Source: Cycas panzhihuaensis (Eukaryota > Plantae > Cycadophyta). From it: a stretch of 64,000 nucleotides of DNA. The stretch lies in assembly GCA_023213395.1 (NCBI GenBank), contig CM041465.1, positions 153,147,741 through 153,211,740 on the forward strand, in the 5' to 3' direction. The notes beneath the pieces are model-generated. The model worked only from the letters and a program-made list of their open reading frames with translations. It had not been told where the DNA came from and searched no databases. Every line of letters begins with the position of its first letter. Position 1 is the stretch's first letter. The position numbers were made by a program, and so were the translations under genes. Shown one piece after another: positions 12,501 to 27,172 of this stretch.

Positions 12501-15500
12501 AGCAAAATTGCATATGGGGTAGGGGAGGTGTTCTCTAGTTCTCTATGAGTATGAGTCTCTTTATACAAATTTGATTTTTCTTTCAAAGGTATTTTTAGGG
12601 ATTCTCATTTAAGCTACAATCTTTTTTTTTGTTGTAATCTAATCTAGCAAGTAAAAATATGGCCAAATATTTCTTAGGTTTGACTAATAACTAAGAAGCA
12701 CTCTTAGTACTTGATTTTACCTTGCATGGTAAAAACAAAGGTAAGAAACAAAAAGTACAAGCATAACTTAAAGGCATGATAAAAGGTATCAATTCCCTCT
12801 CTTTTTCTTTCATCATTTTGTGCTTAAAACATTAGTAAAATAGAAAGGAAATAAGCTTGATTATCACTTCATTTTACCTTGAAAAGGAAACAAAATCATT
12901 TCTCCTCTTTTCTTACATTTTCATTCCTAAAAGTGAAAAAGTAAAAGTGTTGATTACTTGTGCATACATCTTTTTATATGTTTTTTCTCTCTCTTTATTT
13001 AATTTTTAATTTAAAAAGGATAAATAGATTGAGTTAATAGATATTGTTCTTACTTATAATGCTTGTATTAAGATGAGGATTAAACACATATTTGCAAGTT
13101 TCTAGACCCATGGTTTGTAGGTTCTTACATTTAATTAAGATTTTTTGTTGTGTATATAAAAAAAAAAATTATATATTAGTTTATATTTAGTGTATGCTAC
13201 CTTCCTCTTTAGTATTTTAGATTAGGGTCTTACCTATCTAGAGGAAAGGTCAATTAGTAGCAAGTTAGGGGTTTCATCTCCAATCATCATGTTGATCTTG
13301 TACTGAAGGTTTGGATTATCTTACTATGTTTTCAGTGACCCAATGGTGTGTAACTATTTCCACTGCATGTAGTCAAGAGAGTTAAGTTAGTACCATTTAA
13401 GTCATTAAGAGTGATTTCTTCTCACCTCATTTACCTCTAAAAGGTTAAGACAACCTAGAATTAAATGTCGGCATCTCCAAGCTTTCTCACAGTCATAAAT
13501 GGGATATTATGGTAAGAAACTCTCCATCATGGATCATGAGTAACCTATAGTCTAATTCTTTTTCATATTTCTTCTCATCAACCCTCACTTTCTATTGGTT
13601 TACATCAATGAGCATGTGTAATTAGTAGGTCAGTAGAAGTAAGTTCAGTACCATTAGGGGAAATAGATCCTAGATTATATTTGTAGTTTCTTAATATCAA
13701 TTAAGGCATTTGTACCCTAACATCTCTCTTAGTCTTTAAGACTTACTTTATTGTTGTTTGCTCCATATGAGGGACTTGCAAAGTTAGGTTTTATCTTTCT
13801 CTTTTAATTTAACTTCTTACATTTAGATTAGTAATAGTTTTGCTTACTTTCTTTTCTTTTTCTAATTTGTTTGTTGATTGATTAGTAGCTCAACTAGGTA
13901 ACTTAATACTATTTATGTAACCTTTGTCTATTTCCCCTTATTTTATCTTTAGTACACAACCTTCTATCCTTCTTTACACCTTGTAACCATGTATTTACAT
14001 CCATGAGGTATATGATTATCTCAAAAGGAAATAATCAAACTTCCTTTTCTAATCTAAGCCTCCTACCTTGGGTCTTAAGTCAAGTCATATGAGCTACATC
14101 CATCTCCTATTAGTTACATCTCTAGTAACCTTTACTAAGGACTTCTTAGTATGAGTCATCTTCTTTTCATTGATTTCTTCCCTTGCTCCATTTGAGACTT
14201 GTTAGCATAAGCCTCTTGCTTAAGGCCTCTTTAGTAGCATACCTTGATTGGAAACACTCACTGCATTATATAAACGTGAAAAGAAAAATAAAAGAAATAA
14301 TGATATAATCCCTAACATGGTCACCAAAATGTTTATTTGAGAATGAGGTATTATTCTTTTAATATGAGGAAATATTTAAAGCCAAGATAAACCCTAGAAG
14401 AAAGAAATAAAATTTTTGTCTATAAGGAACACTATCCCTATAAGTGATAAATGAATATTTATGTGTGTATATGGTCACTAGTTATATTAAAATATAACAA
14501 GACAAGAGTATTTATAAAGAGCAACAAAGTTTATTTTGTAAGAGTTTTCAACTTTTTTTATTGCATCAATTTACCTTATATATTCTCCCAAAATAAATTA
14601 CTATTTCTTTTTTTAGCTAAATCAATCAACTAAAATGTGAAAAATAAATCAAACAAGGCATAAAGGCTCCTACTTTGTTTGTTCCTTGATGAGGTGTCTT
14701 CACATGATGACAAATAAGTGTAAACTCATATGCCTTCTTTATCCAATATTATTTTAACTTGTAAGACAATGATAAAGAAAATGTTGCCAAGTACATGTTT
14801 CTCATTAACATTTCAAAAAACTAAATAAATAATATATAGAAGTTGTTTCAAAATCAAAGTAAGGCTATATAAGTATACTTGACAGTCACCCCAAAATAAT
14901 GTATAAAAGAGAAAGTAAAATAAGTAAGAAGGAGTAATTGTGAGAGTGATAAATAAAAAATAAATAATCAACAAATAATAAATAAAATTTTAAAATATAA
15001 AAATAAATAAAATAAGTTAAAATATAAGAAAAACAGTCATGTTGATGAAACTATATCATTGAAATAATCTATACTATGGAAACATAGAAGAACAGTCGCA
15101 CCAATGCGACATGAATTGAATTAAAAAAACATGGTATGATCATAGGAAATACTGTAGAAAATGAATTAGCATCCTATAATATATTGTAGGTATTATAAGA
15201 AGAGATGTAGTATAACATAGTGATATTATAGAAATTGTGAAGAGGATGTACAATACGATACTACAGAAAAATGAGTAATAGACATGATACAATCACCAAA
15301 ATGTCACAACGAGTCATGGTATAACAAAAAATAATAGAAAACAACAAGCCAAAATTTGAAAGTGTGATTATAATAAAGGAGCATGTATCAAACTTTAGTC
15401 CAATAACAAAAATAAATTCTAAATTAGATAATGTATGTCTTATTTATAGAAAGTTAAGTAGGGGATGGGGCAAGGGACCTTATTTGAGTGTAAGCAAAAA

Positions 15501-16459
15501 CGTATAACAATTGCTTCAAGATTAAAATGACCTTAGATTAGAAGTATTTATAACATGAATTTTAAAAATAAGTCTCTAAACTGATACAAAAGTTATGTTT
15601 TGAGTGAAATATATTATGTTTTAGGGTTTAATTATGAAGTTAATTTCAAGAACTATGAAATAGGCCAATGGATGAAAGTGGAAACATAAAAGGGGTATGA
15701 CTTTCTCATATGGTATCTAGTTTTAGATCATGATGACTCAATTCATATCTACTTAAGGAGATCTATACAATAGACTATGTAATAGAAGTGATTATATTCA
15801 AAATCAATGTTTAAAATGCAAAAAAAAGAAAAAAAAAATATGAGTGAAATACAACAAAATGAGTATATGAAAAAAAAATACAAATAAAAACATTGCCATG
15901 CAACTCAACTTACAAAGCTATACCTTTATAATGAAAAGGTGTTATAGAGTCCAAATCCCTTTTGTATCGATGGTGAAAGGTAAGTGCAATATGCACAGGT
16001 AACCAAAGTATATGCTTAATTAGATGTAGTGTAAAGTAAACATCAAGCAAATGTAGGAAATCAAATGCAGCATAAGGCATATGATAAGTAATGAATGCAT
16101 ATCTAATATGTAAGAAAAAAAAAGAAATTATATCTAATGTTTCTAGATTTAAGATAAGTGAATCAAAATTAAGGAAACAGATAACACTTGTAGGAATTCC
16201 AAGGGCAGACTCCTACCAAATCAATTGAACAAACACAAATCTATGTTAATTTTATAGAATAATTTTTAAATAATATTATATTAAATATATAACTATATTA
16301 AATAGATCTCAAGGTATACAATGTATATGATGATTGTATAGAAATTTAAACATTAAATATATGTGTATAGTATTTTGAGAATGATTTCACATTTGTAATT
16401 GAATACCAAACATGAAGAATAGCATGTATGTTTATAAAACATGTAATGTGATAAACAAT

Positions 16460-16750
16460 AGTTGCCTTAGCAATAGATGCTTAAAGATATTCACTAATGT
16501 TTTAATCCTACTAAGAAGATGATCTTCATAGCTTAGTTAAATGTCCATGTTTCAAACATATTATTCAATAGTCTAAACTTCCTTCTGCTAAATCCCAAGG
16601 ATCTAACCTTGATAGTCCTTATCTTGTGGGAATTCTCAGTATTTACTTAGGAACAACTTCTTCATGTCTTCCTAAGAACTAATCTAGCCCATAGGTAGAA
16701 GCATGAGCCACATCAAAGCACCATCTTTGGAAGTAGATGGAGAAAGATTT
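16460..16750 (-). pseudogene. Degenerate Ty3/Gypsy retrotransposon gag fragment (copy 2)
   Basis: Minus strand reads ..SPSTSKDGALMWLMLLPMG*ISS*EDMKKLFLSKY*EF.., matching the gag pattern FPxTLxxxALxWF..I.SW.DMK..FL.KY. Confidence 0.65.
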
Positions 16751-18354
16751 AATTACTATGCATTGGATAAATAATAAAAAATATGGCATAATACCTAATA
16801 TTCAAATAAAAATATATTAAAGTCCTCATGTGGCTTTCTATGAAAATAAGGTAGGTGATGTGGAATGCCTTTCATTTTATTTGTGGTTTCTCATTCTAAT
16901 TCCACAATTAGAAAGTATATAACCTTGACTTTCTTTTAATTATCTATAGTTAGTTTTTCTATTTTTTTCCTCATCAATCTTTCTTTATCTCCATCTAGGG
17001 TTGTTCCTTAGTAATTTCTATGAATCATCTCAAAGGATATTAGGCCCTGGTACTCATAACCTAACTATTCTAATTAATATATAGATTTATCCTACATCAT
17101 TAAATAATTACTTTCCATTCCCTAGTAATGACACCAAAATAATATATTTTTGAAGAGTGCGAGTACCTATAAAAAGTTGTTGAGTCTAGGAATGTGTGTT
17201 TGTGAATGATAGAAAGAAATATTCTATAACTACTAATCTAAAATACAAAAATCAAACATACAAAGTTCCATATCAAATTACCTTAGCAAAACTCATTATC
17301 ATTCAATAATGTCATCAATTATCTTTAGATAGTATAATCACTCCAATAAAATCAAAATATAAATCCTAGCCTATGAAGGAAACTTGTCTTATGTGATGGC
17401 ACCTATAGGTTATATAGCCACCCTTTAGTTCTTGAACTAATAGGTTTGAGGTTATATTTTGTAAGACCATCATATGCAAAATACTTAGAGGTAATAACAT
17501 CCCTTCCAATTTTGTTTATTGGAGTAAAGTAATTTATACAAGTCTCAACACATCTATTGCTTGGTCAAAACTATCAACATCCTTATAACATGCTTATTAC
17601 TAACTCGTTATGCAAGGTGGTCATCTAACTTAATTATAGAAAATAGTAATTTAATTCCATAAATAAGGATAAAGTTATCCTCCTCAATAAGGGAAGATAA
17701 GTTTACTACTATCAAGTGAGGGTAAATTACAAAACTATATAAAGAACCAAAATGGGACTCAAATGACTTGCAATACATTCTAACTTGTCCCAAAGGAATT
17801 ACATAAGATATATTCAATCTTTCCCCTTATTTAAATTAGATTTAAGCCCCTTAGGCTCTTATACATTATAAAATTAAATTTAACAAAGCAAAGATGAGTA
17901 TAAAATGGTAAGTAATGAGTCCCATATTTAGACTCACCATAATGATGGAAAAATATACTTTAGAAATGATTATTATAGAGCCAAAAATATCAAGGAAAGT
18001 GGATCATTCCTTGTCAGAAATCTGGGCTTGTAGTGGTGATAATTAGTAGAAAATAAAGCCAAATAACACAAGTGCGCAAGTAGATCATATAAAATAGATC
18101 ACCAAAAATGAGTACCGAAGTACTTTCTCCTTTCGAGATACCATACTCAATAATATTACAAGTGATTTAACCCTTTATATACACAAGTAAGGGTCTTCAT
18201 CCTTAATGATTCTATTGGTGGCCCTAGCAGCCTTACATCTTATTGGATGGCTTAGTGGTCCATACACATAACTTACTAAACCCCTTAATCCCTACTTGTT
18301 GGTGGCTCCCGTTTGTTAAGGAAAGGTGGGGTTATGTTATAGGTCCCTCCCTCT

Positions 18355-21300
18355 AAGAAGTTGAGTCCCCATAAAGTTGGAGATGAGGATGTTGCTGGAT
18401 GAACTCGTTTGGCTTCCAAGTAGCTTCATCTGCATCACAGTTGACACACTATACCAAGTGTCCAAAAATAGTATGATTCTGGAGGCAGCATTGGTGACTG
18501 GCAAGGATTTTATCAAAAGGAATTATAAGAGTTTACTCTTTAGAGAGAATGGGTAGGGTTGTGTGGGGTGTAATTTTAACTCCAAGGTATTTTTTTAGGC
18601 AAGACACATGGAAGGCATTATAGATATTAGTGTTTGGGAGAAGTTCAAGGGCATAAGCAACTTCAACAATTTTGTGCAGGATCTTATAAGGGCCATAGTA
18701 GTGGGGGCTTAGTTTATGCCCTTGATATGACTTGAGTGATTACTTCTTATAAGGTTGGAGGCAAAGGTATACTAGATCTCCAATATCAAAGGATCAATTA
18801 GATCGGTGGCGGTCTGCAAGTTGCTTCATTCGATTTCAGGCAGTGGCTAAATTTTGTCAAAGGGCATGCAAGATTTGATCCATTTCTTGAAGCTTTTTTT
18901 ACACAAAAGTTGTTCTAAAGTTTGTGGCTAGGTTATGGTGGGAAGGTGGGTGGTGGCCATAAAGAGCCAAAAAGGGGGACATACCAATGGCAGAATGATG
19001 GGAGGAGTTATATTAATACTCGACCAGGGCAAGCCATGAGGTCCACTTAGCTTGGTGTTCCGAGGTAAAGCAACATAGATAAGTTTCTAAAGTTTTGTTT
19101 AGAACCTTAGATTGGCCATCTGTTTATGGGTATTAGGTAGAGCTCATGTTAAATGAGGTTCTAATAGCCTTAAAGAGTTCTTTCCAAAAAGAGCTAGTAA
19201 ACTTAGGGTCTCGGTCGCAAACGATAAATGATGGGAAGCCATTGAGGCAAAATATGAATTGGACATATAAGTAATCAAGATAGGAGGATGAATATGAGGT
19301 GTGCACTAAGAGAAAGTATGAGTACTTGGTTAATCGATCAATGATTACCCAAATGGAGTCAAACCCAACAGATGGAGGTAGGCCCGTGATGAAATCCATG
19401 GAAATATCTTGCCACTTGCCTTGAGGAATATTTAATGGTTGGAGAAGGCCAAGGAGAGGTTTGGTCTCTACTTTATTTTATTATCAAGTGTCACATTCTA
19501 ATACAAAGGTGAATATGATAGTCTTCATGTGGGGCCAAAAGAAATATGTGTAAATCTGTCGATAAGTCTTATCAAAGCCAGAGTGGCCACCAAGGGGTGA
19601 CAAGTGGTATTATGTTAGGATTTTAAGGATGAATGAGGAGGAGGGATGGACAAAGATACGATTATAGTAGAGGAGGTGATTGTTGAAGGTTGACCAACCT
19701 TCATGGGTGAGAACTTTTTTCCTCCAATTAGGATAGTCTGGTTAGGCTTGATTTTTAACACATAGTTCATCAAGCTAAAGTGGTTGGGGGTTGCTAATGG
19801 CATGGAAGGTTAGGTTAGGAACATTGTTATCGAGATGAAGACGTGAAAGGGCATCTACCACTGTATTGTCTTTGCCTTTTTTATATGCTACTAAGAAGTT
19901 AAAGACTTGTAATCGATGAACCCACTTAGCTTGTTCTTCAGACAAGACTAGCTGAGTCAATAAATTATGGAGGCTACGATGATCCATGAGAATAGTAAAC
20001 TTAGATCCTAAGAGATATTGCCACCATTTATTAATAGCATGGAGAATAGACTTCATCTCTTTATGATATGTAGAGAGATAAAGTTCATGATCTTTTAATT
20101 TTTAGCTTTCAAATGCAATGGGATGAGAGTCTTGCATTAGGACTGCACCTAAACCAAACCCTGAAGCATCGCATTCAAGTTGGAAGGGTTGGTTAAAATT
20201 AGGAGTGATAAGGACTAGAGTGGAGGTCATTAGGACCTTGAGGTGGAAAAAGGTAGCATCTGTTTTGGGAGACCATTGAAAAGCCTCTTTATGAAGGAGT
20301 TTGGTTAATGGGATGGCAAGAGTAGCATAGTTATGCACAAAGCATCGATAAAACCCTGTGAGCCCAAGAAATGCTCATAGTTGGGTAAGAGTGGTAGGTG
20401 TTGGCCACATTGTGATGACCGATATTTTATTAGGGTCTACGTGTACCCCTTCTAATGATATGATGTGACCCAAATATTTAAGTTCTGATTGTCCAAACTC
20501 ACACTTAGATAGTTTTACATAGAGTTAGTGGTTTTGCAATATTTAGAGAACAATTTCTAAGTGTTGGATATAGAGATCTACGTAGGCACTATAAATAAGA
20601 ATGTCATTAAAGAAAACTATGACAAACTTTCAAAGGTAGAGCCCAAAGATTTTATTCATGAGAGCTTGGAAGGTTGTTGGGGCATTGCAAAGGCCAAAGG
20701 GCATTGCTCAAAACTCAAAATGTCCATGATGTGTGTGAAATGCTATCTTATGACAATCTTATGGGGCAATTGAGATTTGGTAGTAACTAGATTGGAGGTC
20801 TTACTTAGAAAAGATGGTTGTGCTATGGATTTCATCTAGCATGTCATCTATGCGAGGGGTGCGAAACTTATTTTTAATGGTAATCTTGTTTAATTCCCTA
20901 TAGTCAACACAGAGGCAAAAGGAGCCATCCTTCTTCTGAACTAAGATAATTGGGGCTGCATAAGGGCTTTTACTTGGTTGGATTATGCCCATGTCGAGGA
21001 GCTCATTTGTGAGTTTCTCGATTTCATTCTTTTGGAAGTATGAGTTACAGTAAGGTCGAAGGCTGATGGGGTCATGGTTAGATTGGAGGTCAATTGTATG
21101 ATAGAAACTGTAGTCAGGATGGGTAGTGGCAGGCAGAGGGGCAAATACTTATTTATATTGGGTAATGGCATCCTGGATGTGTGGATGAATTTGTGGTTTG
21201 ATTTGAATATTATTGAGGTAGACTATATACCCAAGGTGAGATTGAAGATGGTGTTTCATACATTTGAGAGAGACCACTTGGTTAGGGAGGGATTGCATTC

Positions 21301-22950
21301 TATAAATTTTGTGATTTCACCCCATGTGGTCTTTGAAGGCAATGAATGGATTTATAGGTGAGTTGTTCATGCTATAGGTCCCTAGTGTTTGCAACCATTG
21401 AATCCCTAAGATGGCATCAGATCCTCCTATTGATAAGGCATAGAAGTCTGACACCAAAAGGTATGAGCCAATTTGAACTTGGAGGTTTTTAATAACACCT
21501 ACACAATAGAGTTTTTGGTACCCTATAGAGAACATGTAAAGCCAGTTTTTGGGATAATATATAGGTTAAGTTGTTTGGCTATCAAAATATCAGTGAAGTT
21601 AAGTGACGCACCACCATCAATCAAGATAGATATTTGAGTCTTACGAAGAATGCCTCTAACTCTTAGGTGTTCAGGGTAGGAGGAGGTGGTGATAGTGGAT
21701 ATAGATACTTTGGGTTGGGGGTCTGGTGTAGGATCATCATGGGTTTCATCATCAGCCTCCTGGTCAGAGTTAGAGTCAGAGGGATCATCAGGGGAGAGGG
21801 ATGGGTCAATGGAGAAAACCATATATCGCGCTTTGCAAAAATGACCATGCCCAGAAGTCCACTTTTCTGCATACTACATATAAAGGCCATCCTCAAGTCG
21901 ACATTATTCTTTAACTTGAGAAATTTAGACTCTTTTGGTAGATGTATCTTCATTCTAGCAATTAATAGATGGTCGAGAATCATCCTGTTGTGGCTAAGGA
22001 TGTGTGAAGTCAGCTTGAGGATGAGAGGCATCGTTAAATCGAGGTTGAGGTCATTGGAAGTCTACTTATCGAGTGCATGAGGACCAAGAGTTATCCTGTC
22101 GAATAGCTGAGGGTCTGTCTGCTGCAAACTCAGCTTCTACTGCACAAGCCCACTTGAAAGCTTCCTTAAGGGAGTAGATTGCCATTATCTTTAATCTTAT
22201 CTGAATACAATCTTGGAGTCCCGCCACATAAATATCAATCACTGTTTGTTTGTCTAAGTTTTGGATTTGTGGTGCATAGTTATATAAATCTTGAAATTCA
22301 TCTGTGTAAGCTTCTACAGTTGATGTCTGATTAAGTCAGGTGAGTTGTGCAAAAAAAGATTGACTCCATGTATCTTCATATTGTTCAAAGAAACAACTAG
22401 TGAAGTGGGACTAAGTTTAGTAAGAGGGATATTCCCACTTCTACCAGTTAAACCAATGGTAAGCTTGACCATCTAAGTGAATAGAAGCATATAAGAGTTG
22501 GTCCTCTTCTGACATCAGGTAGAGAGTGAAGTAGGATTCTAAATTATTAATCTAGCTTTGAGTGCACTCTCTATTCCCATCTAAATCAAAGGTAGGAATG
22601 CTGATCTTATGGTGGAAAAAAGGTTGTCTTGGTGGAGAACCTCTTATATATACATTGCTTCCTAGAGAAGGAGGAGGTTGGTTGTCTGTTAAGTTAGAAG
22701 CCCCTGTGCTTTGGGGTTGAGGTGGCACCCATTGCAGAAGCAGACTGAGAATCTCTTTCTTGGTGTCGTCTAGGTCAGATTTGGTAGGCATGCTACTAAG
22801 TCTATCATTGACCTCTGTTTTAAAGTTAGACAAGTCATTGGTTAACTCAAAAAAAATTTCTGTTTGATTTTTGCCATTGGAGTTGAAGAAAGGGATTAAA
22901 GAAGCGGGAGTTAATAGAAAGAAGGGAGAGAACGAAGTGGGATAGATCAA
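18355..22950 (-). pseudogene. Gypsy gag-pol polyprotein (gag, PR, RT, RH, INT, chromodomain), disrupted
   Basis: ILIDGGASLNF, GIIQPSKSPYAAPIILVQKKDGSF..CVDYRELN, VFFNDILIYS, LECDASGFGLGAVLMQ, MDFITGLP..IWVIIDRLTKY, chromodomain ..HLV*C.N...DEATW..NEFIQQHPHL. Start position approximate. Confidence 0.93.
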
Positions 22951-24149
22951 GAAAGAATGAGATATAAGAATAGGGAGTTGTTATATGGGAAAGAAGGGGA
23001 AAATAAGGGAATGCAGGGTGTTTATAGCCTGTTGACCCCAAAATTACATAAGCAAGATATTTAGTCCACTATAAAGAGTACTAAAAACTTATCAAAATAT
23101 GATGTATGAGTTTTAAGGTGAATTTTGAGTGGTGGGGGCTACCAGTGGCCCGAGTACAAAAAGAATAAAAATTGGGGGTATAGACTAACCTAGTGTAAAA
23201 TGACCCTTACAATATGCTAATCGAATTGAGGTATATGAGTTATAAGGGTAATTTTATTACACTGTGAGCAAGGGCTAAGTGGAGTTTTTTTTTTTTTTTT
23301 TTTGCTCTTTTTTTTTTTCTTTTTTTCTTTGCTCTCTTTTTTTTTTCTTTTTCGGAGGTTTGATTGTTCTAACAAGTTTTGAATTCGAGAAGTTAGTGGC
23401 TTGTGATCTCAATTAAGATTAGGGTAGGTGAAGTAGAGAATGATCAGATGTATCCTACCCACTACAGAATGAGGTGTGCTTGGTCTTATAGGCCTGCCAA
23501 TAAACTGTTGATGAAGAAGTTCGAGGCAGGTAACTTTGTGGCACTAATCCCTAACCACTGCACTCCAAGACTTCAATAGCTGATAGTTTACCTGCACTAG
23601 GGAGGGTTTTGGAATCCTAAAGAGGTCCTCCTTTATACTTGAAGGTACGTGGAGGCACACTTCTGTAGCCAAGTTTTGTCTAGGGCTTAGTTTAGGAGTG
23701 TTATCTCCAGTCCTTCACGCAAGGGGCAGAAAATCCATGATGCGCTTCGCCAGAATGACAGATCCCTGTGATCTTTAAAGACCCCCGGTATAGGGTCTCT
23801 ACCTAACTACTTGGGTATCCACCCAATGGTGTTATCTACCCAGAAGGTAGAGGTAGGAGGAGACACAAAGGGTAGCTGCCTAGTGGTGTTATCTACCCTT
23901 GGAATATAACCCAATGCAGAAAAGGAAAGCTTAAAAATTGAATTGAATATAGAAGAAATAAATTGCTTGCGGTACCTGAAGGACGAAATTCCCCTTCACC
24001 TCACAACCTCTAATCTGTCCTGCTACTATTCCTCAATCTTCTTGGAGAGAGTATTGAGTGAAGGTCTTTCCTCAATCTTTACCTAGGTAGAGAGAGTACT
24101 CAATCATATAGGAAAAAAAATCTGGGTAACTTTCCATGATCGTGAACAT

Positions 24150-24162
24150 AGCTCTGATACCA
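24150..24162 (-). promoter_or_regulatory. Primer-binding site (tRNA-iMet)
   Basis: Reverse complement TGGTATCAGAGCT, 2 nt inside the 5' LTR. Confidence 0.92.
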
Positions 24163-24511
24163 CTTAGACCATTCCTTCTTAGAAATCTAGGCTCATAAGA
24201 GTGATAATTAGTAGAAAATGAAGCCAAATAACATAAGTGCGCAAGATGATCACAGAAAATGGATCACCAAAAATAAGTATCAAAGTACTTTCTCCTTTTG
24301 AGATACCATACTCAATAACATTACAAGTGATATAACCCTTTATATACACAAGTAAGGGTCTTCATCCTTAATGATTCTATTGCTGGCCCTAGCGACCTTA
24401 CATCTTATCGGATGACTTAGTGGTCCATACACGTAACTTACTAAACCCCTTAATCCCAACTTGTTGGTGGCTCCCGTTTGCTAAGGAAAGATGGGGTTAT
24501 GTTACAGAAAG

Positions 24512-25700
24512 CATTAGAATGTGAAGTTTTATCATTATGGTAGGAAGTACTTGATGTAGAGTAAAACTTAATTCTAAACAACAAGACTTAGGTGGTTCCA
24601 AAACTTCCTCTAGAAAGAAACATAGATAGGTGCAAGTAGGAGCTTAAAATCAAGTACAAAGTAGATGGATTAGTTAATATATAGAAAGCAAGATTGGTTA
24701 TAGAAGGCTACTCATAAATAGAAGATATTACCTCTGATGAATCCTTATCTTCTTTAGCAAAAATAGCATTTATTAGAGCTATGTTAACACTTGCAACAAT
24801 ATATGATTTAGAAATTCATCAAACATAAGTAAAAACAACCTTAATAAATGGATATCTTGAAGAAGAGATCTACATTATATGAAAAGAGCATCTACTTTAC
24901 AAGCTCTAAAATTCATTATATGGATTGTAACAATCTCATAGAGCCTAGTTCTAGAAGATAGTTAACTTTCTAGTCTTTGAAGGTTTTATAAGGAGTAGGG
25001 TTGACCATAGGATATACGTAAAATATGTAAATTATATGTTTTTCATAATTGCTCTTCATGTTGATGATATCATTTTATTTTCCAAGAATAAAAAACTTTT
25101 ATCATATGTAGAAGATTATTTGTTAACTAAATTTATAACAAAGATCTTGGAGAAATTTATTACCATTTTAGATTATTAATCTTAAGAAATATAAAAGAGA
25201 AAAAGAATGTTTAAGTCAATATATGAACTTAGGTGACATCCTCAAAATTTTTAGAATGCAAGTTCACAAATCCATAAGAACACTTGTAGATGCCAACTAT
25301 AATTTATCTCTAGACATATGTCCTTAAAAGGTTGAAGAGGGAGACGTTAATAGAATTGGTTCCATATAAGAGTAAGATGGGTAGTTTGATATATGCTATG
25401 GTTTATGCCAACCCTAAAATTACATTAATAGTGGTAGTAAGTCAATATATGAGTAAATTAGGTCCATAACATTAGATGGTAGTGAAAAGTATGTTTAAGT
25501 ACTTGAAAGGAACATTTGGGTATGGAATTTGTTACAATGGAAGCAACATGAGTCTAAGCTTGGATTTATTTGTTGGATACATAGATGTAAACTACAGTGG
25601 TGATCTTGAGAGTGGAATATCAATAATATGTATTTAAACTATTTGTTAATATCATAAGTGGAAATAACAAATGACAACCCATAGTAGTATTATCATTGAT
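24512..25700 (+). pseudogene. Degenerate Ty1/Copia RT-RNase H remnant (copy 2)
   Basis: Paralogue of 3660-4641 plus 10657-10895. Contains HVDD in the YVDD position (~25058-25069). Confidence 0.8.
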
Positions 25701-27172
25701 TTCCTAAAAATCAGGATTCTAGTGTTCACCATGAATGAACTAAGGCAAGTCTGCATTTCAAATTTACATTTCAATTGATTTTCTACTTTGATACATATCT
25801 AAAATCACACTTACCTATTATTTGGTGATGGGTATATGAGTATTCGATTAATGATGGTAAGATACCTATAAGTAATACAATGGGAATCATATACCCAAGC
25901 CTCATTCAACAAGAAATGAATCCTCAATATATCCTAAACTCCTTTGGAGTCTTTTTCCATCTTTTAATCATCATTTTTTATGAATTTCTTTTTTGTAAAT
26001 TTTATAATTATTTCATCTTTTTTCCTAAAACTCCTAGTACCATTATAGAAGTTGATATTATTATAATTTTTATCATGATGTATCTTATATTGTTATGAAA
26101 AATATGATGGTATGGTCACACCTTTATAAAAACATAATTGTAAGACACCCTCTTGAATGTTGTCTAGTCATTAAACTAGAATGGGATATTATGCATGATA
26201 ATAGTGCAAGGTGTATCGTTACACTTTTTACAATGGATCAATAAGCATTGTTTTAAAAATTATAATAGAAGAAGATGTATCATTATGAAAAATAAAATGG
26301 TGCATCATGCATTGTTGCAAATTTATGAGCACTTATCTCTTTCACATTTATTGCATTCTTTACCAACTTTTTCTCATTAAGGTTAATTTAAGGCTTCAAG
26401 GGAGGGGACAAGAAGTTAGTACTCCACCTCTTACTTGTGCCCCAACCACCCTCCCCCCTCTCCCTCTTAGGTAAAACCATGTGGTTTTACCCATTGTTTT
26501 TTGAAAAATAATGGCCCATCTATTCATGGATAAAATCCCATTTAATTCTCCACCAAACTAACATTAAATTTTCACAATCACCCCTCCAAACCTAACAACT
26601 AATACCATGGGATTTACTTATGATTTTCAATGAACCAATAGGCCATATACCACCTCTTAATAGTCTATGAATAGGCCTCCTATTTCACTTAGAAGAGAGG
26701 GTAATTTTTGTAACAAGATATTGTTGAAATTTACACCCAAGTGCTATCATATTTTGTGATATTAAGTCACTTATTGAATAGTCATCTTGGAGGAAGATGA
26801 TATTGCTATTAAGTGGTGGATATCTAGAACCTAGAACATTAATTTCTATTCTAGGTTCTAGCTATGTTCTTGCCTTTTCATTCCTAAAAGTGAAAAAGAA
26901 AAACTATTGATTACTTGTGTACACATCTCTTCATATATTTTTTCTCTCTTTTCCTTTTACTTTCAATTTAATTAGCTCACAAAAACTTTAAAAATGATAA
27001 ACAAATTAACTTAATAAATGTTCTTACTTATAAGACTTATATTAAGATGAGAATTAAGTGCATAGTTGTAAGTCCCTAGAGCCATGGTTTGTAGGTTCTT
27101 ACATTTAATTAAGATTTTGTGTTGTGTGCATCCAAAAATAAAATCACATATTAGTTTGTATTTAGTGTATGC

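Larger units (their letters stand above)
1966..16319 (+). repeat. Tandem segmental duplication, copy 1 (~8.3 kb without the LINE) of composite TE debris
   Basis: Colinear similarity to 16328-35611, from 'tgatgattgtataga' (1966/16328) to 'ctatattaaatagatctcaa.gtata' (~16319/~35611). The copies abut head-to-tail. Confidence 0.93.
18000..24506 (-). mobile_element. Ty3/Gypsy chromovirus (Reina/IFG7-like), full length, degenerate
   Basis: 342-bp LTRs at 18000-18341 and 24165-24506. TSD gaaag at 17995-17999 and 24507-24511. tRNA-iMet PBS 24150-24162. PPT ~18342-18354. Empty site in copy 1 at ~3656-3660. Confidence 0.96.
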
